DNA from: Antedon mediterranea
Lineage: Eukaryota > Animalia > Echinodermata
Assembly: GCF_964355755.1 (NCBI RefSeq)
Contig: NC_092674.1
Coordinates: forward strand, 9,176,001 to 9,240,000
Direction of reading: 5' to 3'
DNA length: 64,000 bases
Shown here: positions 28,101-39,817 of the stretch, piece by piece
How positions within the stretch are numbered: position 1 is the stretch's first letter
How the letters are laid out: each line of letters opens with the position of its first letter
Program-made: the position numbers and the translations under genes
Notes under the pieces: generated by a model
What the model was told of the DNA's origin: nothing
Seen by the model: the letters and a program-made list of their open reading frames with translations, nothing else
The model's database searches: none

Positions 28101-31100
28101 CAGCATGATTGCGTTGTCAGCCCAGACAACATACTGCAGCTTTGTCAGTAGTTGCATGCTAGAGACAGCAGCATGATGCGTGCGTTGTGTAGAGACAACA
28201 TGCTCAAAATGCCGCGTACAACAATGAGACAACGCGTAGATTATTGTCACTGGTGATAAAATGATACATGCATGCTTCTCTGTCACCAAAGTAACAACAT
28301 GTCACCTACATAAATTATTCAAATGTCAATAGGTAACTTTAGGTCAGTCAATCGATCGGTCGATCAATCAATCAATCGTTTGTTGTCTGGACCTAGAAAC
28401 TATCAAAACTGCGTCTAGGTGAGAAGCGAAGACGAACGACTTTCCATTATCTCGCATGCGCACAATGACGTAGTCGGGTCGGGACGTCGATCGTCGCACA
28501 ATCGAAAGCTCTCTATTAACTAATCTCGAGAGCTCTAGTTTTTTTTATTTGAATTAGAGTGTATATTACTGTCGGTTTGATAAAAAAAAAAAACACCCCA
28601 AAATACTACATACTTCCCCGGATGTCCAAACGCCATGAATGCTATTGCCGCCAGTGGGTACCTCACCTCACCTTGGTATGCCGAATTTACTTTGGTAGTG
28701 ATTAGCCAACATCTTGCTAAAGCAATTGCCGTAAAGATTGCGATTAAAACTATCAATGGTAGAGATACTAAACCAATTATGCCTTTGAAAAATAAAGAAA
28801 AACATTATAAATATAAAACAAGCTCTGAAACCGAACACATGACACTGGCCATTTAAACACATTCTTATACACGATTCGTTTTATGGAGATGAGGTGACCA
28901 CCACCATTTTGGTTGGCAAGCGTCGTGCTGCAGAATAAATTGTATTAATTACCAAGTTTGACACGTAGGCCTATCGCAGGCTTGAATCAAGATTCTGCCA
29001 TTTCTATGCATCCATTATAGAATTTTCCTCTTTTTACTACTAAAATACAGGTCTCTCCTCATCTAAATGTCTATTTTTTATATTGCTGTCTTCTATTTAA
29101 TCTAGTACTCAAATAGGAACTACAGGTTTCAACAGAAGTATAGAAACGTGTACGAAGAAACTTATTATGATTTGAACAATATTTTCAATAGCAAATGCAA
29201 TATAAATATTGTATTTGACATACAGCAATAAAACAAATTGAAAACTCAGATATTGTTCAGTCTACGCACGACCATGCGAGTATGAAAAATGAGATTGTAT
29301 TTATCAATGTCTCAAATAATAATAATATCATAAAACAGAAGCAACTAAGAAGGTATACAATGTAAACAGTTCTTTGTTTAAGAGGATTAGACACGAAGTC
29401 TAATAAATCAGTAACTTATTAAGTATTGAAAAATAACAGACATATATTAATTGATCGCCAAAGACTAAAACGTATTTATTTTGTGTTCAATATACGTACC
29501 ATAAGTAATATAATTTACATTTTAGGTATGGAACGTGACAAGCGCAAGAATGAGTTTATTCATGGATTAAAGAATAGAAATCCATGGTTTATTATAGATT
29601 TAGCTACTGTAGGCCTATCTAAAACCTACCTGCTCCCACCGTTGCCTTTGGGGCTGCGATCATTCCACTGCCTGCTGTTGCTCCTAAAATATAAAGCATC
29701 CCACCTACGATGCTTAGATCACTTGCAGGTTCCTCTTCCTAGTTTCATAGGTTAAATGAATATTAGAAAATCATATGTTAGACAAAATACATTTATCACC
29801 ATGGGCCATAATATCAATTAATAGTAGCCTCTCTAATTTTTTATTTTGTTTATCTTTTTTTTATTTATTCATTTAGCATCCATTCAACAATACATTTAAA
29901 ATACATAAACAAAAATAATACGAAAAATTGGGATTTAAAAATGTATAAACCAAAGTTAAAAGTCAATTTACTTCCAATAGGGTCCATTGCAAGAAGAAAG
30001 GAGATGTGAAAGTGAACAAGTATCATAAATATGGAAGTGTGAAGGACATAATAAAAAAAATCCATAAAAAATAAAGGTAATATAAAAAAGTACATACAAT
30101 ATAAATATAAAAAGTAAAAAGCAACAATATTATCAAACCGGAATATATTATATCATATAGAAATATCAACGATAAGATACTTTCTTAGTTTAATTTAAAA
30201 AAAAAGATTGATTATTAAATGGAATTTAGATCATTGGGAAGAGCATTCCAGTCCTTGATTCCTATATTGTAGAAAGCTTTAGGTTCGATACCCGTAGCTC
30301 TGTGAACAATAAAGTTGTCCATACTGTTCCGGGTGAGGTGGCTATGAAAATTACAGACTCTGGAAAATGGTGAATATGTGTAAGAGGCGTGTCGGTTATG
30401 AACAATTTTAAAAACATCACATAACCTAAGATATTTAAATCTAGTCTCAACATTAAGGTATCCATGAAGGCTAGAAAGCTCTTCTCGTCCACCGATATGA
30501 ATAACATATTATTAGCACCCAGAATAAAGCGTGCCATCTTATTCTGATAAAATTTATACATACAGAAACTTCCAATATTTATAATAATAATTATATTTGT
30601 CACCAGTATACCGTACTTTTGCTATAAGTGTTAATTTCATTTGGAAAAAAATACAGTTTTGTACATTTCAATTGTACTAAAAATAATGATAATGATAATT
30701 CAAGCCGGTCTTCACAGAGGTCTACCGTTTTTACTATGACTACTTCAATAATAACAGCACAGAAATATCTAAAGAACAGAAGATAACGAATTAAATTAAC
30801 CTCTCTGCTTCAGTAAGACAAATTAAATATACAGTCGTTTAAGAATACGATACATTCTGTACGCACACAAATTAATATATTATTGGTCTAACAGCCCGTG
30901 TACATAATAGATAATGCGTACCGGTATATATTTTAGATATTAAGAATATTCGAATCTCTGGAACTTGAATAAATCATCTTGAAAAGTCCGTATTTTCACA
31001 CGAGATTAAAAAATGATCGAACTTGGAATTCTCTTGACAATCGAACAATATTCTTAAGCTCTGTCTGTACTATCAAACTTTATGTGACAAAAAATGGGAT

Positions 31101-31495
31101 GTACCCAAATATGGTAGTGATATGCTTAAATATGGTAGTGATATGACATCATCATGTCCATTGTCAAATAATAGTGTAGTAGTTGATAGTGTAGACAGAG
31201 CTTAACAAACAAAAACGACAAATTAAAAAACTTCTAACGCGTCATCAAATATCATGATTAACATAACATACATACAAAGTTTTGTATTCTGAACACTTAT
31301 TAAAACGAATTTTAGCGTTTTATTAAATGCGGTCGGTAAGCACCGAGTTAATAAACATCTCACCTGATCTGTGTCATCAATAAGTCCTGGTTTACCATCA
31401 TGCAGCTGTCCATCGCTAGGCGTTCCACCGGGAATTGATTTCATCTCGTTGCCATCGAGTATAGGACGGTGCTCATCTTTTCCAGAGCTATTCAT
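25172..31495 (-). CDS. Aa_trans (PF01490; SLC32/36/38, AVT1-like) amino-acid transporter, 8 coding exons
   Basis: Exons 31495-31364, 29738-29630, 28782-28614, 27909-27724, 27608-27367, 27175-26960, 26207-26012 and 25325-25172, with GT-AG boundaries and continuous frame. Motifs GATAGSGMIAAP, RYPLAAIAFMAFG, GHPYFTTIQNAM and LVGAF..FILPSLFYLRL, with many hydrophobic segments. Confidence 0.88.
25533..25711. mobile_element. PIF/Harbinger-type MITE (AGCTTGGTTCCCACT family), followed by a partial second copy to ~25855
   Basis: TIRs AGCTTGGTTCCCACTAG / CTAGTGGGAACCACGCT with TTA on both flanks. Related copy at 33334-33484 and a fragment at ~10290-10340. Confidence 0.75.
26260..26885. repeat. Degenerate tandem repeat (CAATTTGGAAAGACGGTATTCCAAGAT-like) in a transporter intron
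   Basis: Recurrent GGAAAGAC/TTCCAA motifs with irregular spacing. Confidence 0.6.
27960..28205. repeat. ~65-bp minisatellite, ~3 copies
   Basis: Repeated AGACAACATGCTGCAGCTTTGTCAGCAGTTGCATGCTAGAGACAGCATGATTGCGTTGTCAGCCC. Confidence 0.8.
29860..30600 (-). mobile_element. Decayed 3' fragment of an L2/Crack-like LINE
   Basis: Frameshifted remnants QNKMARFILG...HSHLTRNS..FIV...AFYNIGIKDWNALPNDL, followed by an AATAAA tail. Confidence 0.6.
31057..31202. mobile_element. Full-length AGCTCTGTCTACACTA-family MITE (Harbinger-like)
   Basis: TIRs AGCTCTGTCTGTACTATCAA / TTGATAGTGTAGACAGAGCT, with flanks TTA and TAA. Confidence 0.75.
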
Positions 31496-32504
31496 TACGC
31501 TTTAATGACAGAATTACGCACTGCTGGATAATAAAATGCTATTGTTATAAAAAAAAACTGTAGCACAATTCACAGGACATAATAACATTGTTTTTTTAAA
31601 ACAAAATTCTCTATATCCTAAGGTATAGTATGATGTGATACCCGTTGTGAGAAAAATTCGATTGTATCAGAAAAATATTTTACGAAAACAAAGGGGTGAA
31701 ATTTTAGAGCAAATAGTAAAATCTATGGAATAAAAAGCTCTGTCTACACTATTAACTAGTTTGACAAAATAAAGTGTGAGCTCAAGTGATTTGATGAACT
31801 ATAGGCCTACTGCTCCATCCTCAATATACAATGTTTGGTGCAGCATGCATAATGTCCAGTTTGATTCCACTCAGGTAGGAAAACAGATAAATGTATTCAT
31901 CAGTACATAGAACTGTCTCATACATTAGGCCTACTCCCCCTTCTCATCAAAATTATATATCATCCCCAAAAGACGATCTAAATATTCCAGGCACCACTAC
32001 TTAATTGCATAGCGATACACACACTCTGCTCTGTAATTCTGAGAGCTAGCTGTCATTAAATACGGCAATTAATTAAAGCAAGTCAACAGGGATCACTGCT
32101 TGAATTTATATCCGTTTCATTTACATTTTATATGAACTGGCATAATTCTGAAATGTGAACACGAAATGTAGTTACAATATACAGCAAGACATAACGATAT
32201 AGGCCTACTATGTATACATGTATATATAGTTTACAATTAAACAAACGGTTACGTCTACTTATCTGGTGTAGATGGGCGTGGGGGTGTTTTGGCTGACGTG
32301 TGAATTGGCACAATCCACGGGATGGACTGGGTTTGTTGTCTTCTCTATACAACACGAGTGCGGTAGTATACATTAATATAAAATAATATCTTGAACATCA
32401 TATCATCACCATCCTCATCAATATCATTATCATTCATCATCTTACTTTAAAATCAAATTATTTTTGTGTTTATGTTTGTAATTCTCTTTTGATAATGATA
32501 CTGT

Positions 32505-32822
32505 ATTGAATTGAAATTTATATTTATACTGGGTAACCTCTTCAGTCAAAGACTGGTCTCCCAGAGGGCCCAGTTGGTGATCAGTGGCTGTGATGTACTA
32601 ATACACCGGGGTAACCCCCTATTCGTCTCGAAAGATGTACTAGGTTCTTTAAAATGCACACGAGCTAGGTGTGTACACTGGACCTACGGTTTATAGTCCT
32701 TATCCGAGAAGACTCGTTCTACCACCAGAACCATGGAGTGAGTGAGCCTCGAACCCCTGCCGATGTTATGGCTACGTAATTACGGTTCCACTGTCTACCG
32801 CTCGGCCACTCACTCACTCACA
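32505..32822 (-). mobile_element. tRNA-derived SINE, family 1 (second copy)
   Basis: Near-identical to 3257-3558. It retains an ACCGGGGTAACCCCCTAT segment missing from the first copy. Confidence 0.85.
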
Positions 32823-33333
32823 GATAGATAAGAAGATAAGATGTAGTTAAATGAGAGACTTTGAATGGTACACTGCGACAAAATAAATGACATGGAAACC
32901 GATTTAACAACCACGAGTTGTCTGGCAAAACGACATAGCAATTCACACCTGCTATATTAACATTAATACACACTAAAATATGTTAGGAAATGAACTCATC
33001 GACAAGCAACAAAGTAACCAACTTAATCTACTCTCCATGTCACCTACGCGAAATGACAATTCTATTCTAATTTATGTTGGAAAAACATCAAAATACATTC
33101 AGCGATCGGATCTAAACTGTCGGTCAACAAGAATAATACATCATATCATCTTATGCTTGCTCAATATACGGATATTGATAACATTTATAATAGAAAAAAC
33201 CCCTCTGGCATTAAAGAATAACGTGGATATCACAAACAATTAATATATAAAGCGATAATACTTTTCATATGATTTATTCGACTCATAATATTACGTACAT
33301 TTAATTGTACATGACAGGTAATCATTTGGCTTA

Positions 33334-33484
33334 AGCTTGGTTCCCACTTGGACGCAATGCAAGGACCTAGAACACAAGCGAATTGACCATTGACAAGGGA
33401 AAGTTCGAATAATCCTTCATTTGTGATTGGTCATATCACGTTGCGTTACGTCGTTGTATTGCGCCTTTTGTGGAACCAAACATT
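33334..33484. mobile_element. Diverged AGCTTGGTTCCCACT-family MITE
   Basis: AGCTTGGTTCCCACTTGGACGCAATGCAAGG ... GTGGAACCAAAC, homologous to 25533-25711. Confidence 0.65.
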
Positions 33485-34004
33485 ATTTTCACGAGAATTT
33501 AAATTATCTTGTTCCTTTCTCGAGCCAATGACTTCAACTATCGTTCTCCCGAATGATCATGGCCTAGTCACTCACAAGGAGTGTGAAGGATACCATCTTG
33601 TCTATCCACATAGGATCATACATTTCGGCAAGCTAGTTGTCAAAAGAAATTGCATGGTCTTGGTTTACAAATGGAAAACATTTCTTGCAACACCCTGAGT
33701 TTTTTCAGTTAAGCTTGGGCATAGTCGGGACTCATTGTATTTCAAATGGATTATGTTCTTCATACGCACGAATTACTCTTTTAAGCATCGATAACTCCTC
33801 TCGATTAACTTTCGTCTGTATTTGTGACTGAATATCAAAAATATAAAAAAATCATATCACAAAGCAGAAGTCAAAGAAAGATTTTGGGATTCTAGCGTTC
33901 TCTTCGAAGTTATAATATAGTTTGTTGGTTTAATTCTACAATTCGAAAAAATACATGACATGAAACGTAGCATGAATTGACATTAAGATTATGTTTGTGC
34001 ATTG

Positions 34005-34243
34005 TTTTTTTTTTTTTTTTTTTTTTTTTTTATTTCATACTCATCCAACAGCGAGTAACTCGCCAATTACAGGATGGATAAACTATTTAATAATTTATCG
34101 TGCTTATAAACTAAGTCTCATTTGAGGCTTAGGGAGTGGAGTTGAAAGAGTCATGAGTTACAACCCTGCACTAGGTCAGGATTGAACCCGGGACCTTGGG
34201 ATTGGAAGGCAAGCACGTTAACCACCAAGCTACAGCTCCACTA
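34005..34243 (-). mobile_element. tRNA-derived SINE, family 2, with poly(A) tail
   Basis: Minus strand GGAGCTGTAGCTTGGTGGTTAACGTGCTTGCCTTCCAATCCCAAGGTCCCGGGTTCAATCC (A/B boxes, Gly-TCC-like loop), ~140-nt body, and a long A tail. Confidence 0.75.
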
Positions 34244-35179
34244 CTTGAATCAAGCTCAATTTTAGTTGATAGAATGATTGAAATATAATCATTTATTATA
34301 GATAATAATATAACAGTGTTTTTGTATCATTTAAAAATAAATTGGCTTTCAAAACACCGAGCTATCAAAATTATATTGATTTGGATTTAAAAAAAAGATT
34401 GTTTGCGCCTTTTTCGTATTTAAACAACATAGTTCTTGAAATAATTTCATTTGGATCCTCGTATTGATAGGAGTGAATTTAATTTTTTGTTGATCCAATA
34501 AATCGAAAAGTATTGAGCAGACTTGTAACCAAGAACAACAGTCAAGGGAACGTTTGAAAAACGTTGTAATTTGTACTTTTCGATTTATTGGATCAACAAC
34601 AAAAAATGTCTCTCAAACAAACAACATAGATAATAATAATAATAATTATTATAATGGTGATAAAATTATAAACAGCGAGCTTCAAACTTATTCATAATCA
34701 ATGTCTACTGAGATAAATCATTAAGAACATGACATACATTATAATAGTTTATAATTGAGAAACAAGGAACACTGAGTTAAGATCCATTACGATATATGAA
34801 TGGGAATCCATACGAATAAATACATAATATCGACAAAGGGTTCTTATAATATAACTAAGAATAACTTAAAAGAAAACTAGAGTACAAGAGTGAGAAACGC
34901 ATCGAAAAGATAAGAGAGTAAATACTGTATTTTTAAATGTCAAGACTGAAATGATCTTTTATCGAGAAAGTCTAACAAAAAATGTTTAAAAAACCACAAA
35001 AATATACGTTACGTTTGATAAAACATTAATTTCATGTAATACTTAAAACTTACAAATGTGAAAGTCTTTGCTGCTTAAAAGAATATAAATAATTTAAAAA
35101 ATAGAAAGAAGGAATAGACATTTTTCAACTTGACCATGACGACGAATAAATGTAAAAATATACTAAACAAATGTAGTTG

Positions 35180-35293
35180 AATACATAAATACAAGGTGTT
35201 CTTAATATACATAAATACACAGGTGTTCTTAATATACATAAATACACAGGTGTTCTTAATATACATAAATACACAGGTGTTCTTAATATACAT
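35180..35293. repeat. 27-bp minisatellite x~4
   Basis: ATACATAAATACACAGGTGTTCTTAAT repeated. It explains the repetitive ORFs 35075-35310. Confidence 0.9.
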
Positions 35294-37419
35294 ATATAGT
35301 AAAGAACCATCTTTCGTTTCTCTTGGATTGGCTGTTTGCTTCCGACGCTCGTTGGGTTGTTTGTAGATTTGTTTTATTTGAAATTACTTGTAATTGATGT
35401 ACTAAGGACTTTTGTAAAAAAAAACCAATTAAGCTATTGTGGCTGCTACGGATTTTTTTATTTGCCTTTGAATGTATTGATGTTTTTTATTCAATTGAAA
35501 TAAAGATACGGAGATATATAGTTCAGATCTGCATCTATTCATATACTACAGTTCTAATATTAATAGTATAGTAACTGCATCCAACATTTTCCTAAAACGA
35601 TCAATATTACTCGCACACAACTTGCATTCAATCTACATCAAAACCAATGAACAGCTTTTAGGATTAATTGTCATTTCAAGACGTTATGTTTAAGATTCAG
35701 AAAATGATGTATATGCATAGGGAACCAGATGCAAATAATTCCATTAGGAATGAACTGAAACCAACCATGGAATTTATCATTCAATGCCTACGGTAAACTA
35801 TCACCTTAAAAATCGATGAACAGTTTACAAATCATTTGGGAATAGCGGCTGAGTGTAATTGATAAATCCTAATTCATCCCAGATCTCCACTTCCATATTG
35901 ATTCTTCTCAATTGATGATTATTTTTATAAAAGTAGCTCTGCTACTTATTTAAAAACTTCATAAACTTCACTAATATTATTTAATAATTAACACTTTAGT
36001 ATTATCCATTATGAATTATAATTATGACAGAGGGCGCGTAATTTAACACATTGAAGATACAGGTAACTCGAGATTCAAATAAAGCGTTTGAATGAATAAG
36101 CATGGTCTGTTGGATATATATTTACAAAAATAAGTCAAAATGATAACTTGAAGATTGGGACGTTTACACGCAAAAATAGGCAGAACTATAGGTATATTCT
36201 CACTTGCCAAGTAAAAACCTATAATAAAAAACATTATACCCATTCAAACATAAACTTCATATGTTTTGCGATTGCCAATTTTAGGCTAATCACATCCCGT
36301 CCCCTTGCAAAACAACAGTGCCTAATGGTACAAACGGAATACATTATAGTTTATACGTTTCAACCTTGTATTATTATCGAGTTTGAAAAAGGTGTGGAAA
36401 TAATTGCTGTGCCTTTAGAGCAAACTTGACATCAATAATATCGATATCCCTATTGAACGTAATGCAGAGGAAAGCTCAACCAGCCTAAGAATTATTGTTA
36501 ACTTTATTTATGAAGTTCTTAAGAGAATTTCTCCTTGTATTGTAAAATAGAAACAGCTTGTGCTGGTGGTATTTCCGATAAATTATAACGAATTGAAACG
36601 ATCTGATCTAACATGCTAACGTGAACTAGAATAACAGTATTATTTTTTTTACTTCCCGAATACTAATCACTTCAAGTCGACATACCACGAGGGAAACATC
36701 TTTAAAATATAGCAATTAGTGGATGGCATTTGAAACGCAATTACAATCGTACACGGGAAATATTTTGCGATTGATAATAATTGGTTGGTTGGTTGAAGAA
36801 TTAACATTTAATACCAATCTACAAATATGAAATAACATAATGCTTAAGCAAACCTACACATAATAGCAACATTTGTATTATTATTATTCATAGTACCAAT
36901 AATATCAATACCAGTTTCTTCACGATAATGTTGCAAAAATAATGAAAACCACTATGGATTTTAACAGTTACGGAAATATAAAACAAGAAACAATGTAATA
37001 TTAATTATAACAATCCTGATGGACTATTGACGCTGAAAACATTATTATTTCCAACACAATACACATTATGATACACCATGATAGATACAAGTATCAGGGT
37101 GACACTCAGACAGAAAACAAAATATGCATTATAAAAATGTTAAATGTAATGCATTCTGGTCCTCAAGTTTTAACTGGAAACTGAGGAAATTCGGATTAGG
37201 CCTTCCACGGACCCACGGCAGCCAGCAGTGCAGCGCCTACCATGTCTAGTATACTTATGATAATGAATAATAATAATAATATAAATGTGCTATAATGAAT
37301 CTACATTTTGAGTTCGAGTTTACAATGACGATGTATATACAAACCTCCTTATTATATAAACAAGAAAGAGAAATAAAGAAGAATGTTTTCATTCAATTGG
37401 TTTGTCATCCAATTGTCAT

Positions 37420-37422
<3 letters not shown>

Positions 37423-37464
<42 letters not shown>

Positions 37465-39817
37465 TTCATTTCATCACATACATAATACAAAATTAATATA
37501 TAAAGGCAACGTAACAATTAAAACGATATAATACTCTCTCAAAAATAAGAGAGTAATGAAATTAAAGAGAAAAAAAATAATGTATCGCAAAAATACACTT
37601 AATAATAATCATTTTGCTAATAATATGGTTGCCTTGTATTTTTGGTAAATGTGAAATAAATGATTATAATTAAGTAATTGTTTTTTGATTTTGCAACTAA
37701 ATATGTACCACTTTGTAATTAAAATTAAAATGTTTGCATCACTGTGTGTTTTTCCAAAACCAAAACATATACTTTCTTTGGTGATAATTAAGTTATTGTT
37801 GATATTTCGATACATATATTGTTTTACATTTTCCCAAATGTTCTTTACCAGATCACATTCAAAGAACATATGTAGCAGTGTTTCCTGCTTTTCCTTGCAA
37901 AAACTACACATTGGTGAATCGACCTTTGACATCTTAAAGAGCATTGTATTTGTATAAATTATACGATGAATAAATTTAAATTGAAAATTTTTTAGCTTAG
38001 TGTCATTTGTACAGGCGTGTAAATTTGAGAAAAGGTTTTTCCAATTAAGTTTGTTGTCAAACTCCTTTTCCCATTTGGATTCAATTCCAATTGGCTCTTC
38101 AACATTTTTTAATATAATGTGTTTATAGATATAATGACAATTTCTCGTTTTCACAGAAATGAATGTCTGTAATTTGGATTCAACTTCATTAGTTGTGTTT
38201 ATACCTTGTTCAATTAATTTCTGTTTCCAGAGCTTTGGAATTGAATTTACAATCTGGTGATATAATAAGAAGTCTGGTTTAAAATTATATTTTTGGTTAA
38301 ATTCGTCTAGTTCTAATATTTTCCCTTCTTTGTTCACGATATCTTTTACATAGTTTACATTTTTAACCAACCAATTTTTTTCAACTTTAAATTCTCTTTT
38401 ATCAAAACATGAGTTGTTCCATAAAGATTGATTTAAGATGTCCTCTATCGTATACGGTTCTACAAAATTGTATTCACTCCACGCAGAGAGTATATCTTTA
38501 TGGAACCTTTCAAATTGTTTTAATATTTTTGAAGATTTAGAAAAGTTGGTTTCGAAAACAATATTTCCTCCAACCTCTTTAATCTTACTTTTTAAAAACA
38601 CTTTCCACTTGGATTGATTTCCATCAAGATATCTTTTCACCCAACATGATTTGAGAGATGTACAGTAACTCTTAATATGGGGAATTTTTAACCCTCCTTC
38701 GTCAAAATTGTTAAGCATGACTTTTCTTTTGACTTTATCGGGTTTTCCGTTCCATATAAATTTAAAAATTTTACTTTGAATATCTTGAAGGAAACAATCG
38801 GGTGGGTCTGGTAAATTTGAGAAAACATACGTGAATATCGGGAGAAACAGTGACTTAATAATAGTTGCTTTTCCAAACAGAGTAAGTGAGCGTTGTTTCC
38901 ACATATTTAATACTTGTTCAGCATTTTTAGCCTTATCTGGAAAATTGAGTCTGAAAATATCATTAAAATTACAAGAAATATTGACACCCAAGTATTTTAC
39001 TGGGCCTTTGGTCCATGAAATACTTTTCTCAGATGGCGTTTTATAGTCGCAGTTTCTTAACGATCCTATTCTCATAATGTTACTTTTTTCATAATTAATT
39101 CTGAGTCCAGAATATATAGAAAATTCATCCAGTATATCTATAATCGGTTTAATTGAGTTTTGGTCTTTGAGAAAAAACACAGTGTCATCTGCAAATTGGC
39201 TAATTCTTATGTCTACATTATTGTACTCTATACCTTTAAATGTGTCTGATTGACGTACCATGTTACCTAGTGTTTCTGCACAAATTATAAAAAGATATGG
39301 GGATAAGGGACATCCTTGACGCAGGCCTCGTTTTAAATTGAAGAATTTTGATGTTACCCCGTTATTTATAACGCAACTAACAATGTCTTTATATAATATT
39401 TTTATCCAATTTATCATATTTTTACCAAAGCCAAATCTCTTAAGAGACATATCAAGGAAGTCCCATTTCACCTTATCGAAAGCCTTTTCAAAATCTACAA
39501 AAAATAGTAAGTTTGGCTTGTTGTGCATTTCTGCATATTTTATTACATCATAGACTAATCTTATGTTTTCTCCAATATATCTGCCTTTAAGAAAGCCCGT
39601 TTGATCAGGATTAATTACTGATGGCAGCACACATTTTAAACGAGTCGCAATGGCTTTTGCTAACATTTTATAATCCACATTTAAAAGCGAGATGGGACGC
39701 CAGTTTTTCAATAATAGCGGAGATTTATCTTTTTTCGGTATAAGTGATATCACCCCTCGTTTCTGGGAGATACTTAAAAACCCGGATTGGAAAGAATAAT
39801 GGTAAGCGTTAATTAGT
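37423..39817 (-). mobile_element. 5'-truncated Tx1/L1-clade non-LTR retrotransposon
   Basis: Poly(A) tail (~40 T at 37422-37462 on +). TSD CAATTGTCATCAT at 37410-37422 and 39818-39830. Contains an uninterrupted ORF2 3' part. Confidence 0.93.
37609..39816 (-). CDS. LINE ORF2 fragment: reverse transcriptase plus C-terminal CCHC zinc knuckle (endonuclease lost by truncation)
   Basis: NWRPISLLNVDYK, DFEKAFD, RGLRQGCPLSPYLF, QFADD, KYLG and CSFC..ETLLHMFFEC. The frame stays open upstream of the tracked start to the 5' junction (LINAYHYSFQSGFLSISQKRGVIS). Confidence 0.92.
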   Translation of the reverse strand, partial: LINAYHYSFQSGFLSISQKRGVISLIPKKDKSPLLLKNWRPISLLNVDYKMLAKAIATRLKCVLPSVINPDQTGFLKGRYIGENIRLVYDVIKYAEMHNKPNLLFFVDFEKAFDKVKWDFLDMSLKRFGFGKNMINWIKILYKDIVSCVINNGVTSKFFNLKRGLRQGCPLSPYLFIICAETLGNMVRQSDTFKGIEYNNVDIRISQFADDTVFFLKDQNSIKPIIDILDEFSIYSGLRINYEKSNIMRIGSLRNCDYKTPSEKSISWTKGPVKYLGVNISCNFNDIFRLNFPDKAKNAEQVLNMWKQRSLTLFGKATIIKSLFLPIFTYVFSNLPDPPDCFLQDIQSKIFKFIWNGKPDKVKRKVMLNNFDEGGLKIPHIKSYCTSLKSCWVKRYLDGNQSKWKVFLKSKIKEVGGNIVFETNFSKSSKILKQFERFHKDILSAWSEYNFVEPYTIEDILNQSLWNNSCFDKREFKVEKNWLVKNVNYVKDIVNKEGKILELDEFNQKYNFKPDFLLYHQIVNSIPKLWKQKLIEQGINTTNEVESKLQTFISVKTRNCHYIYKHIILKNVEEPIGIESKWEKEFDNKLNWKNLFSNLHACTNDTKLKNFQFKFIHRIIYTNTMLFKMSKVDSPMCSFCKEKQETLLHMFFECDLVKNIWENVKQYMYRNINNNLIITKESICFGFGKTHSDANILILITKWYIFSCKIKKQLLNYNHLFHIYQKYKATILLAK

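Noticed and set aside
33500-33830. Coding-like stretch (similar ones at 43070-43350 and 45140-45620)
   Set aside because: Multiple stops and no recognisable motif. A translated search would be needed, so no call is made.
34170-34240. tRNA-Gly gene
   Set aside because: The acceptor stem does not close, and it continues into a body and poly(A) tail, so it is a SINE head.
35075-35310. Repetitive ORFs MYIKNTCVF / CILRTPVYL
   Set aside because: Translation of the 27-bp minisatellite.
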